From positions 21,453,619 to 21,517,618 of the forward strand of contig OZ316892.1 in assembly GCA_973895155.1 (NCBI GenBank): DNA of 64,000 nt, read 5' to 3'. Origin of the DNA: Marsupella aquatica. Lineage: Eukaryota > Plantae > Marchantiophyta. Of the stretch, positions 50,739 through 62,400 are shown piece by piece (position 1 is the stretch's first letter; the number at the start of each line of letters is the position of its first letter). The notes below the pieces were generated by a model. It saw only the letters and a list, made by a program, of their open reading frames with translations. It made no database searches and was not told where the DNA came from. A program made the position numbers and the translations under genes.

Positions 50739-53128
50739 CTAGCTTCAGATTGTAAACTGTAAACCAGGATTGAAAGTAGTCCATATATATTGAAAGGAAT
50801 GGCTTCGAGATATTTGTGTTGATAAGAGGCCAATCTGGCAATACTGGTATTCCACTTTCTAGTCATTGGGTGCGGTCCAGTTCAAACGAGACAAGATGTT
50901 TGAGAAATTAGAGCAGCTTAGCTAGACGTTTCCAGTCTCTTTTATTGAACAAGGCCTATTGTGACCTTGTTGACAATGATGGCCTGAAGTCTGATCTGAT
51001 TAACTATATTTCTACAAACACTTATATTTCGGCAGCGCTTCTTACTGCCAACAAAGATGTACTGTCACTCTGCTTGCATGCATGGCTCGACTATGTTCTT
51101 CCGACTGAGACTAGCTTGAATCTTCTTACCCGATCACGATGCAATAACCCGCATTGGATAACATTGCTCATTTAGGGGATTACCATGTTCTTGTGACGAA
51201 TTTGGAGTGCCTAAATTATGTGGCCTGTGTTCGATCAATTCCCAGTCAGAGCTTAATCTTGATTGGTAGGATCTGAGATCAGGACAGGGTTAGGGTCTGT
51301 GACTGAACATTAACAGGACACACTAGAACTACATGTCGTGGTCTTATTTTGAATTGTGAGCACGGTTCACAAGCCTCCAACAAATTAATAAAATAATTAA
51401 GAAGAAAAATTTATTTAACACGATGTCTACTACAAGCCGCGGAAAACTGAAATATGGGCGAAAAGTACTTGAAATAATCCAAATTCCGAAAAGTACTAGA
51501 AGCAATCCAAATTCCGACAAAAGGATCACTCTCTACATGGGGCTCAGTCAATAAAATTACATTCTTGACTGGCAAAAAGGAGATAAACTGTGTACATAGT
51601 TAACTTCTAACCACAATTCATCACCATGTTTAGTTGCCTTAAACCCAGGTTAGGTTAGAATTAAGCATGGTTAGTTAAGAGAGTACATATATGAGGGCCA
51701 CACAGAATGTTAAAACTACAATGCCTTAATGCTCCCCCATTTTCCTGGAGCTCCGTACTGCCCGTCCCAGTCCCCAATGTTGTTGCCTGCTCCGACCCAA
51801 GTTTGCCAAAATATAAACCAAGACTCTACCATTTTGTCACTCCCTCCAGGCTGATCAACTTTGTGTCATTGGTTTCAGGTTTATTTTCTAGCAGCCTTCA
51901 CTGGTTGTGGCTTGCACCCAAGTCCCCAATGGTGTTGCCCGCTCCCGCCCAAGATTGTAAACCAAGACTCTATCATTAGTCATGACGTCTCTCATTCAAA
52001 GTACTAGGCTTTTGCCTGAACACTTAGACTCTATTATTAAATAGGCATGACTCTATGGAAATAGTGTTGCCAATTATACATAAGTCACAACTCTATAGAG
52101 AAGAAACATGTGGCAGCCAAAGTGTAAAATTGTGATTTATGAATGTAAAATTGGGCCAAAGTGGGCAGTAGCATCGGGGACTCAAGCGGGCAATTTATGG
52201 AGCCTCAGGACAATGGGGGAGCATTACCAGGTTCTAGATTTAATGTGCGATGGGCCCAGGGCCACAAAAGTGGTTTCATTTTCACACCCCATGACGTACC
52301 AAGAAATTTCTTGCCCTTTGTGGATAATTATCCCTGCCTGCAGCTATCCATGACTCCCGCCTTGACTCCAATCAATTAAGTTACACAAATAATGTGAATT
52401 GTGAGCAAACATGATTGTGTGATGGCATGAAAGAGTCTGACGTGTTATGTCAGTACCACGACCCAAGACATGCAATCTTTGGTATATAGTCAGCTTTGAA
52501 TTGACAACTCTTTACTGTGGTATATTACATCATAAAATTGATACGTCATGCTTTGGGCAGCCGTGGTCCGTACAAAGTGCACTACCCATGGCAAATATCT
52601 GGGAGTTAAATTGTGACAATGAAGTTCTGACAAATTTGACCCAGCTGTCCTCCATTTATGTTCAATTCAAAACAATGTGCACTACATCTTTTGTTGAGCT
52701 CCAAAAAGCTCAAGGGACAACAAATAACACATGTATGTACAAAGTTACTTGTAACTGCCATAAGAATTGGACACTGGAAAATACTCTTCTTGTGATCTGC
52801 AGCATCAACTAGAATGGGAGATGTAACAACTTTAACAATGAGGGGTTACTCTTTATAACTTGGCACAATAGTTGGGTGAGAACTTCTGCTTGCATGGGTT
52901 GCATAATTAGCTCAGAAATTGGGAAGATTTTGCCTTTAGCTTGGTAGGAGTTGGGCCATCTCATTTTGCCTCCACATTTTCAAGATATCCTTGGTCTCAG
53001 TGTCAAGATTGATGTTGAATACGCAATGTAAGCATATTCATGAACATTTGAGTCTTAGAGCTCTCAAGCGTTGCAGTCCTGTTTGAGCCAATACCTAGCC
53101 TATTGTGCTTGAGCTAAAACCTTGAATG

Positions 53129-54890
53129 TGTTGTAAGGGATAAACCCTAACCCTGATTACCTAGACTCACCCTAGTATATAGGGAATTGAGGCGGTTACA
53201 TAATCACCATACCATGTACTATATAGGGAGTTATTTACACTCCCACAATCAGTGAGAAGGAAGTGAGTTTGCCGGTGCATTGGTGTCTATGGTGTGCATA
53301 ATACGTTATCAGCACGACTCTCTAATCTGAGCAGAATTTTATTTTTTTCAATTACTCATCCTTCCACGGAATGAGGCTTATGGCCAGTGACTCGTAGCAT
53401 GTAACATTTTTTTTATCTAGCCATATTCATCGAATTAAGGTGCCCACTTTGAATTATTGAGTGATCAAAATCCGTCATACATGCGCAAAATCAAAAATTG
53501 AAGAAACAGGAGCGCAAGCATCTGGACACCAATATACACGAGAGATCTTGCACCTTCGATCAACACAAGGAAGTTTCTCAAAATTCCTTTGCATTTGAAT
53601 TATCATCTCAAGGCCAGTTTAACAGCGCTGAATTTTACAATATCCAGGCAGATCATAACACTTTGATTCCTGAATATAACTCAATTTATATTCTGATCAT
53701 CATAAACATAGTAGACGCATGAACATGAATTCGATCAAGAAGCTTCAATTTAAGGCCCTAACCATTGATGGCACAAATTATTTATCATGGTCACTGGACG
53801 TTGAAGCATATCTTGCATCAAAAGACCTGGCTTCAGGACTCAATTTTAACTGATGCAGGCCTAACTTTACAGCAAAAGGCAAGAGCATTAATCTTTATTC
53901 GTCACCACCTTGCAGAGCCACTCAAGATCCAATTCCTAAATCAATTTAACCCCCGAATCCTCTGGGAGGATCTGAAATTAAGGTTCGATCACATGCGACT
54001 GGTTTCCCTGCCAGCCGCCCGCCATGATTGGATAAATTTGTGGGTACAGGACCATACTTCCATATCCAATTACAATGGCAAACTCTTCCGAATTATTTCA
54101 CAGCTGGCAGTCTGTGGCCACCCAATTGGCGGCGACGAGCAAATCGAACGCACCCTATCAACGTTCAGCGCAGGAAATCTCCTCCTTGCATCACAATACA
54201 GAAATATGGGATTTACAAAATATTCAGAACTCATTGCTCATATGCTTCTTGCAGAGAAGCATCAATTACTCCTCCTGGAAAATGCAAAATCTCGCCCACC
54301 AGGGTCTGCCGCACCCCCACCTAAACCTGAAATCAACTTCAATTGACAGAACGATAGAGCAAGAGGCAGAGGGCGTGGAAATTTCAAGGGGAGGAGGGGA
54401 CAAACCTATGGCCGAGGCAGAAATCAACAACGTGGCAGGGGCAATGACCAACCTGAAAGGGGAGGCCAAACCTTCGGAAATTTTAATCGAAGAGGCGGAC
54501 AACGAGGACAAGGTGGTGGATACAGAGACAGAGGCCGAGGGGAGGCCGCGGAAGGGGATACAATAATTGGATAAGAGAGAATGATAACTCTGCAAAATGC
54601 TTCAGGTGCGACACAAAAGGACACTTATAGAGAGATTGTCGAGTACCTCAGGCCCATTTAGTCAAAATTTACAAGCAAAGCATTGAAACACCCAGTAATG
54701 AAGCCTATGGTAACTACATGGAAACTACAGATAACATTGAGGATTATGCACCAGGCCAAGTAGCACCTGACGTCCATACTTCTCGATTAGGATCTAATCC
54801 CTCTCTTCTGGACAATCATCACAATTGTATTGTTGATAGTGGCACATCTCATTCAATCCTACGCCACAAAGACTTCTGTGGAATGACACA
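53129..54890 (+). mobile_element. Truncated Ty1/Copia LTR retrotransposon (Bianca-like): 5' LTR, PBS, gag and start of protease
   Basis: Short LTR at about 53129-53302 is followed by CGTTATCAGCACGA (Bianca-type PBS). Gag starts at ATG 53725 (MNSIKKLQFKALTIDGTNYLSWSLDVEAYL, then a frameshift to ALIFIRHHL...LWEDLK.RFDH). A CFRCDTKGH..RDC knuckle lies near 54595 and protease CIVDSGTSHSIL near 54826. No INT or RT. Confidence 0.85.
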
Positions 54891-54901
54891 ATATAGGTTT
54901 A

Positions 54902-56482
54902 TGTAAGAAACTTGTCATTTTTTTGCTCTTTGGACAAGGAATAGTAAGAACGACATTTTAAGTGCTATCGGAGCGGGTATCGGAGTAACTAGGTTTTAGG
55001 AACTTAAGTAGGTAGAATAGGAAAGATAGTGGAATGGAAGGTTAATGAGTTGTAAGCAAGTGACAAGGGATAAGAAAGGTCTTTATGATGGGGCATACAA
55101 CGTTCCGTCCTTAATAGGCGACTATTCCGAGCCGGAGAAACAACCCGACACTTGAAGTCTTAGTTTTGGTTCAAATTTTTCCCATAGATGCTAGGAGGTC
55201 CCTAGAGCACGTCTAAAAAGTTAGATGTCAAGTGAGGTCTCAACCTAGGGTTTCATTGTGTTTCGGTGCGACTTAAATTAACAAAATAGCGGGTCCCGGG
55301 AAATATAGCTGATGAGTAAATTTTGGAGTTCCAAGTTTAGAAGTGGGTTAAATATGGTCCACTCTATCCCTGGGAACTTGTGGTAGAACTTGGGTATCTT
55401 TGGTTACTCTTTGGGAGCATCTCAAAGTTGAGAAGAATTTTGGAAAACATAATAATTAACCCACTTTACCTAATTTTGGAAAATCGGTGATAAGGTTTTG
55501 TCTAGATATTAGTAAACCAGGACATAGGCCTATGTCCACATAATATGTGTATCTACTCAGAAGTCATTTTGGACTCATGGGTGATATTTGGGGGCAATCC
55601 AAAATGGCCTGGAAATACAGTTTTTCCAGAAAAAACCGACATTTTTTCCAAGTGTTGGGGAACGACGACGCACAAGCTACGACTCAAGCATGAGGCCGAT
55701 GAGGAATTCAAGCACGAGGAGGCTGTCCAAAGGTGCTGCATATTGGTTGAGGTGCCAATTGAGCACAAGGGCGACTGAATTGAAGGAAGGGCGGTTGAAT
55801 TGAAGGGAGGGATGCTTGAATTGAAATGGTTGCTGCCTTGATAGAAGGAATCAAGCTATGGCTACTACTGCTATGCTTCAAATCTGTTGTTGTGCTGCTA
55901 GCTAAAAAATTGAAGAGGTGGGCTAGTTGCGAAATTGACTAGGTGGGCTGACCTTTCTTGCACCCATACCACCTTAGTTAGGCTCTAGGGAAGGGTACTT
56001 ACATTTGGTCAAGGCTGTCATGTCATAAAGTTAAGAGAAGTAAAGTATAGGGGGTAGCTTACTTAGGGTAGTAAACGGGTTACAAGGAAAATAAAGTCAA
56101 CTTTGACTAAGCATAACTTGAGATTCACTCACTCTTTTTGCAAGCTTTCAAGTGGGTTGGAAAGCTGGTGAGGAGGACCATAAGTGGGAGCGGGTTCGGA
56201 GGTCAACGCATGCAACTCATGTATGGCATATTCCAAGGCTTGGAAGGAGGCCAAACAATAGGTTGTAGGGTGGGCTACGAACTATAGAGTTGGACTTTGT
56301 GTGTTAGGAGGACTTGGGGGAGGAGTAGTTGGACCCCAGGTCAAGCTTGGTGTGGTGTGGAAGAAGAATAGTATATAAGGAGGAATTTTTCCTTTGTTAG
56401 GGACCCGGAGTCTCATCTCTTAAGTGAAATCTCTACCTTACCAAGGTAGGGCTAAGCTTGAGAAGGGAGAGGTGGTCCATCA
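54902..56482. mobile_element. Probable solo LTR (~1.58 kb)
   Basis: Begins TGTAAG and ends CCATCA. Flanks are GTTTA and GTCTA (5-bp TSD with one mismatch). No long ORF. Confidence 0.45.
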
Positions 56483-57141
56483 GTCTATTCATTAAAACTG
56501 GAAAATTCTTTGATCTTTGGACATTTAGGCACTAAAAATATATATATTTGGGCACAAGAATTGTACATTTGGGCAGTGGGAGTTGTACATTTGGGCACCA
56601 GATGTTGTACATTTGGGGGATCAAGATTGTACATAGGAGAAAATGAAATATTAATTTGGATTCTAAAGAAAAACATTTGGGTGATAATAATGTAAAATAT
56701 GTTGGATAAGAAGTAGAACTTACTTACATTGATTCAATTTGACTAATAGTAAGAATATAACTGTCTAGTAAAGCTTCAATATGATCTCTACTCTTAGCTA
56801 GCTAAATAAACCTTCTACTTAGTTACTAATAAAGAGCAGCTCGAGGGTCATTAAATTTGAATGATACCTGGCTTACTATCCATTGAGACAAGTAATTTGT
56901 TACATTCTAAGCAACTCGAGTTGAAACTAAGGTTTACTAGTAAGAGGCACTCACATCCTATCATGGATATTAAGACTTCATGTAATATATAGTCTGTATT
57001 GATATAATAATTAATTAAAGCAATTATAAAGGTATCCAAGTCAATTACCTCCACCTATTCAAACTAGTATCCCAAAATATTATAATAATTAGTTACTTAA
57101 ATGGATATATTACTTAGTACTAACCAACAGTAAGTACTAAA

Positions 57142-57276
57142 GACATGTCTGATTCCAAACTAATTGACATAGGCTCCCTCACTCTGACATGTCTAATTCC
57201 AAACTAATTGACATAGACTCCCTCACTCTAACATGTCTAATTCCAAACTAAATGACATAGACTCCCTTACTCTGAC
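57142..57276. repeat. 3 x 44-bp tandem repeat
   Basis: ACATGTCT.ATTCCAAACTAA.TGACATAG.CTCCCT.ACTCT occurs three times. Confidence 0.9.
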
Positions 57277-57302
57277 AGAGTGACTACTAAAAAACATTTG
57301 AC

Positions 57303-58530
57303 TTACTCAACAATCCCTTCCATGTAGGTTTTGAGTGTTTTCAAAACATTCTTGGGAATGGTCAAACCTCTATCAATTATATTTTCTTCTCTAGAGCGTG
57401 ACTTGAATCCATACATAGCAGAATTAGCAAATTGCCAACGTTCAGTGGCACTGTCAAACCCAGGATCCACCTCCCAAGTCTTAGTGGTCTGAAAGCAACG
57501 TGAATATTGCACATGATCCGGTGCATCATGCTTACCATGTTTAGGCCTCCACCATTGCACTTGGAACATAGGAGCATACCGTGTACTAGTAGGAGAATTC
57601 TCATTGCATTGCAAGTCTCCTGAAGGAACTTCATGGTTTGGGTCCACAACACCCAAAGCTCTCATCAACCAGAAACGTTCTTTCCCATTCTTCTTTTCCC
57701 ATTCATCCTCTGGACGGAGAAATACAAAGTGACCCTCTTGAATGTCCTGCAGAGGAATCCAACACGTGCAAGTTCTCGCTCGTGTCGAGCGCCAACAAAT
57801 GTTGCAGCTTGATCCTCCATCTCTTCCAGGTGCTCATTCTGAAGCTCCACCATTTGTGGATTCTGTGTACTACTACTAGGCTCCCCCAATGGTTCAGAGG
57901 TTCCTGTACTATTAACCTTGTAACCAGTTTCCTGGTTGGTTTTGGCCAAAATTCATATGTCAATGCTAACTGTATTTCTGCCTCCCCTTCAATTGTAAGC
58001 TCCCCAGATAATACTTGCACCACCATCTCCCAATATTTCACCAAAGGAAACCGCTCATGATATGCTGTAGAGGTCTCATCCTTACAACTCTTCTTCAAAA
58101 ACTCAATGTAATGATTAAGGAATGGGATGATTTCTTCAACCTTGCCTCGTACATCCCCGGAGATGGGTTTTGCAAATGGTTGACCTTCTGGTAAAATGAG
58201 AGCATTGGTGTTGGAATCAGTTCTCCAAATGGACCTTCCGGTTGGAGGGTACCAAGGTTGTTTCACATGTGCTTTGTATTGATATATATATATATATTGG
58301 AACATTATCTCTCATAGAGAAAAGAAATGCCACTGGTTTTGAGTGACCCTCTATGTCTTTTACCTTGAAAGTTTTCAAAAACTCTTTGTAAGCTGCAACC
58401 TCTTGGATCAACCGTGGGACAGGATGAATGCTTTCACACTCCCAAACCTCAGCCATCAACCCCAAGAGGGTAGAAACCTCCTTGTACTTCACTTGGTTGG
58501 ATACTTTCAAAAACAATGCATTGACATCCC
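57303..58530 (-). pseudogene. C-terminal part of a Sola/DUF7869-like transposase, frameshifted and 5'-truncated
   Basis: Starts DVNALFLKVS, resembling the D(I/V)D..FS..S segment that follows GHTH in this family, then continues GHSKPVAFLFSMRDNVPIYQYK...W.P. Frameshifts include a (TA)n expansion at 58282-58297. Assigned from remembered motifs only. Confidence 0.5.
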
Positions 58531-59450
58531 CCTAGGCCCCCAGCCTTTGTATTGGTAAGGGGTATACGTGCGTATAGCCCCTTATCACATACCCCTTATT
58601 ATTTTTGGTCACCGATAGATTTATCTCTTGTTATTCTTAAAAACTTAATTTTAGAGAATTTATTTACCCCTTGCAAAAATTATAAATCTACCATTAATCA
58701 AATTTAAAAAGGTCTTAAAATATTATAAATTTTTGAAAAATATTTAAAAATATACAAAACTCATTAAAGGTATACCATAGAAAAATAGGTATCTATATAA
58801 AAAATAGTATTGGAATGGAGAAGAAGACTCAACTTTAGCACATATAACAATGAATCACTCTGCTCTAGCACATGTAATAGTGCTTTAACTTTAACAGTGT
58901 TTCTAGCACATATAAGAGTGCTTCATTATGATTTAGCACATGAAGCAGTGCTTACAAATCTACCTATTGTCTATAAAGGGCATATATGTAAAAGTATTTA
59001 TACAACTATTTTCTAATAATCTTATAAAAGCATTATTTCTAGAAAACATTTTGCTATAAACATGTAAAAGTGTTTGCAAAAGTTCTGAACTAAGAGGCCG
59101 GGCACACATTTAGGGTTTAGTGCATACAAAACTTCTATCTGAACTAAGAGAACACTCTTGCAAAATTCTCAACTTATATGTCCTCCTCTTGTCTTCCATC
59201 TTCAAAAGATCCTGAGTGAACACAATAAAAAAAAATTACATCAAAAGCATTAATGATTTGTCCAAATTAAACTATTATGTGGAGTAATATGTGAGCCTAA
59301 TGAGCATATGTTTTACTATGTCATATCAAATGGGATATCAAATTGTTCACAAAAGCAAACAGGATCTTAAGAACTTGCCTTAGAAAAAATCTTGTCTCCT
59401 TGCATGGCTGAAGTCTCAGAATATAACCATTTACCCTTCTATGGTATCAA

Positions 59451-62400
59451 TCACTTATGGGCTTTAGCAAAATCATCCAGCAAGTTTGCATCAGCGGGAT
59501 GCAAATGAAAAACATTTGGAGTTGTGGGATTCACTGATAGTGTCACGTTTGATATCACACAATCCAAATCGATCCATTGAGGATCACAAACATTGTAAGC
59601 AAATCTGTGCTTACTATTTCCAATCCTTGAAAACCATTCAAAACGAACTCTTACAGCTTCTTCACCGCCAGGCCTATCAAGTAAATCCATTGATTGTCTT
59701 GTTCTACCCATCACCCGACCCTGATATTTTCGTTGGATGCATTGTACCCTCCCTATCCACCAAGTGTACTTAAGGGTATCAGGTACTGTGGTAACGTTCA
59801 CAGGTTCTCCCCTTGGCTTTTTTGGATTGGGAGCAGAAGATCCATTTGTTGTCCCACATTCTTTCCTTGCTCTTTTCCCTTTCATGGCTTTTTGTATAGC
59901 CTCAGTGGCTCTTGTGGCCCGAGTCTGTACTGTTGTATCAGCAAAGAGAACTCCACAATCACTACCCACAGTCATGAACATGGTGACTGCTCCTACTCGA
60001 TCTTTGGGTGCATCAACTAAATTGTTGAAGTACAAGCTCTGTTTCACTCTAGTCAAACGATCTTTACTTACATTGGGGTTACCAACTAGTTGGCTTACCA
60101 ATGTGCTCTTGTATATAGTCCGACCATCAAAACTCACAGTTGGTCTGATGTCAAGAACAGGTTGTCCATACACCAAGTCTGAATGCATTTCAGACATAAC
60201 AGCTGAACAATGATCCCCTACTATTGCAATGCTTGGCCTTTCACTATCTTCAATGATCTCACTACTTTCTGCCATTGCCATATCAGTTGGAAGTGTTGGG
60301 ATAGTTACATTAGCTGCAATTTGCCTGATCTCCCCGCCTGATTCTTCATCATCACTATCAACAGGTGCAAGATCCTCCACCTTAACATCACACCATCCTC
60401 CAAACTTGGACCCTTTTTTTTCAGTAATCCAAGGTGATTCCCACCATACTTTATCCCTACAAGATGTAGATGGATTCATCTGCAACTCGATTCCTACAGT
60501 CTGGGCTAAAAGTAACCCTTCTTTCAGAGCTACCACAACTTCCTCATTGGTTTCAATACCTGTGTAGTCGATTAACAGAAGTACCAACTTGTACCGGTAT
60601 TGGATGCAATTTCATCCAAATATTGCAATGCTTCTTGTGACTTTTTCCAGCCCCTCTGATCCCTTTGCTGAGATCCATTGCAGCCAACCTATTCAACGAT
60701 GTTGCACAGTCAATCAACTCAGAGAAATCATAACTACGCTCATTCCCTTTCATTCCTCCTACTTTGGAGAAAAACTGTTCACATGCATCAGATCCTGTCA
60801 AATGCAATGGCACATTTGGCAAATGTCTGAAATTATCCCTGAATTGGATAATTAGAAGTACCACAAAGTGCACAGACATCTGAATATCAAGAAATGTCTG
60901 CATAGGGACACAACTCACAGTAAAATTGATTGCTGTCGTGTTACCTCCAACACTATGATTTCCATGAAAACACCATAATCGCCAAAGGCGAAAAAAGAAA
61001 CTAACTTTGGCACAGAGAACAACCCGCTCTCTCAAGGTGAGACAAGGATTCATAAATATATCCAAGTAATCACCACATATTGTGAGATACATCTCAGTCC
61101 CCAGAGTTCGCTCAACTCTTGCATCTTTCCTTTCACGAAGCATTCTTAGTGCCTTCACAACTTTTCTACTACATAATCGTTGTGCACTGGCCCAATTCTG
61201 TCTATCATTCCGTGTAACATCACCTTTGTTCAACCCATTATCCAAGTTGCTATATAAACGTTGGAGAGTGTCCAAGTTACTGATTCCAGCCACCTCTGTT
61301 CCCAGCTTCAAAGTTCTGGCAGCAGAATCAAGTGGGTTTATTAACTTCTTTCCATTATGAATGTAATCCTGATCATGTAAACCAACAGCATGTGTATGAC
61401 GTCCATTGGTAGTGAATGAGTGGCTCAATAGCCAACCTTCCCATCTCAAATTCTGTCTTTGCCCTTGATATGAGCTTTGACCAGTGTAGTCTTCTAGCAT
61501 CAGCTTTCTCCTTCGTGCATCTCCATCACTAGCATGACCCAAGAGAGGACCAACTGAGTCTAGACAATATTTAGCCCACAAAGTGTCTGTGGACTTCCAT
61601 TGTTGATTGACAAAATCTGCAGTAAACTTACCGCATGTACTCATGGCTACCATGCAAAATTTAGGAAATCTTTCTGCAAGAGGATTTACTACTATACATC
61701 GGGCCTGGTTTCCAATTTTGTAATTCTCAAAGGTATCAGTGATTTTGCTGAAACCCTCCTCTCCTGCTCCAACCTTTATTGTCAAGCCAACCACACACTG
61801 GTGATCCTCTTTCAACCCACAAAACCCCAATAAGGTGTCATGTTTTGGTTGCCATCTGCAACACAGCCATCCACAATAGTGGTCAGCCACAGACCTATTG
61901 AGGAGAGGGATAACAGCCAAAAATTTACTACAGACTGTAGGATGTTGTCCAGGGGAATGAAATCACCTGACTGTCCGCTTAAGACAGGTCTCATCTTCTG
62001 CCAAATAGCATGGCACGGGACCTGTGATCCCCATCCTTTGCTTTAGTTGAGAGTATACAGCAGCAACAAACTTGAACTGGTCAGCATGCAAACCAGGCCT
62101 AAATACAGCCATGGCTCTCCTGTCCCATTGAAGGGTGTTCAGACTAGGGCCTAATGCATTACTTTGCAAGCAGTCCACCACACGCCTGCCACCGTGTTGG
62201 AACAATATCTGGGAAAGAAGTTTAGTGCCAGGCCGAAAGGTGTTTCCTTCTTTCTTCCTATTAAGATTTGCAGCTACATCTCGCAACAAGTCCCATAGGG
62301 CCTCTCTCCCACCAAATGCACCACGCTGGTGAGCCAAGACTATGTCATTGCAAAACTTGTACATGTCTTTCCTACTTCCAGACTCTTTGCAAAGATCTCT

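Noticed and set aside
50960-51000. ATGATG...CTGA in the SKP1 3' flank as a C/D snoRNA
   Set aside because: The box C is imperfect, the spacing is too short, and the motif is not conserved among the copies.
60562-60596. 35-nt GT-AG mini-intron explaining the transposase frameshift
   Set aside because: It is too short for a typical plant intron and splicing it does not restore the downstream frame, so it is treated as a frameshift.
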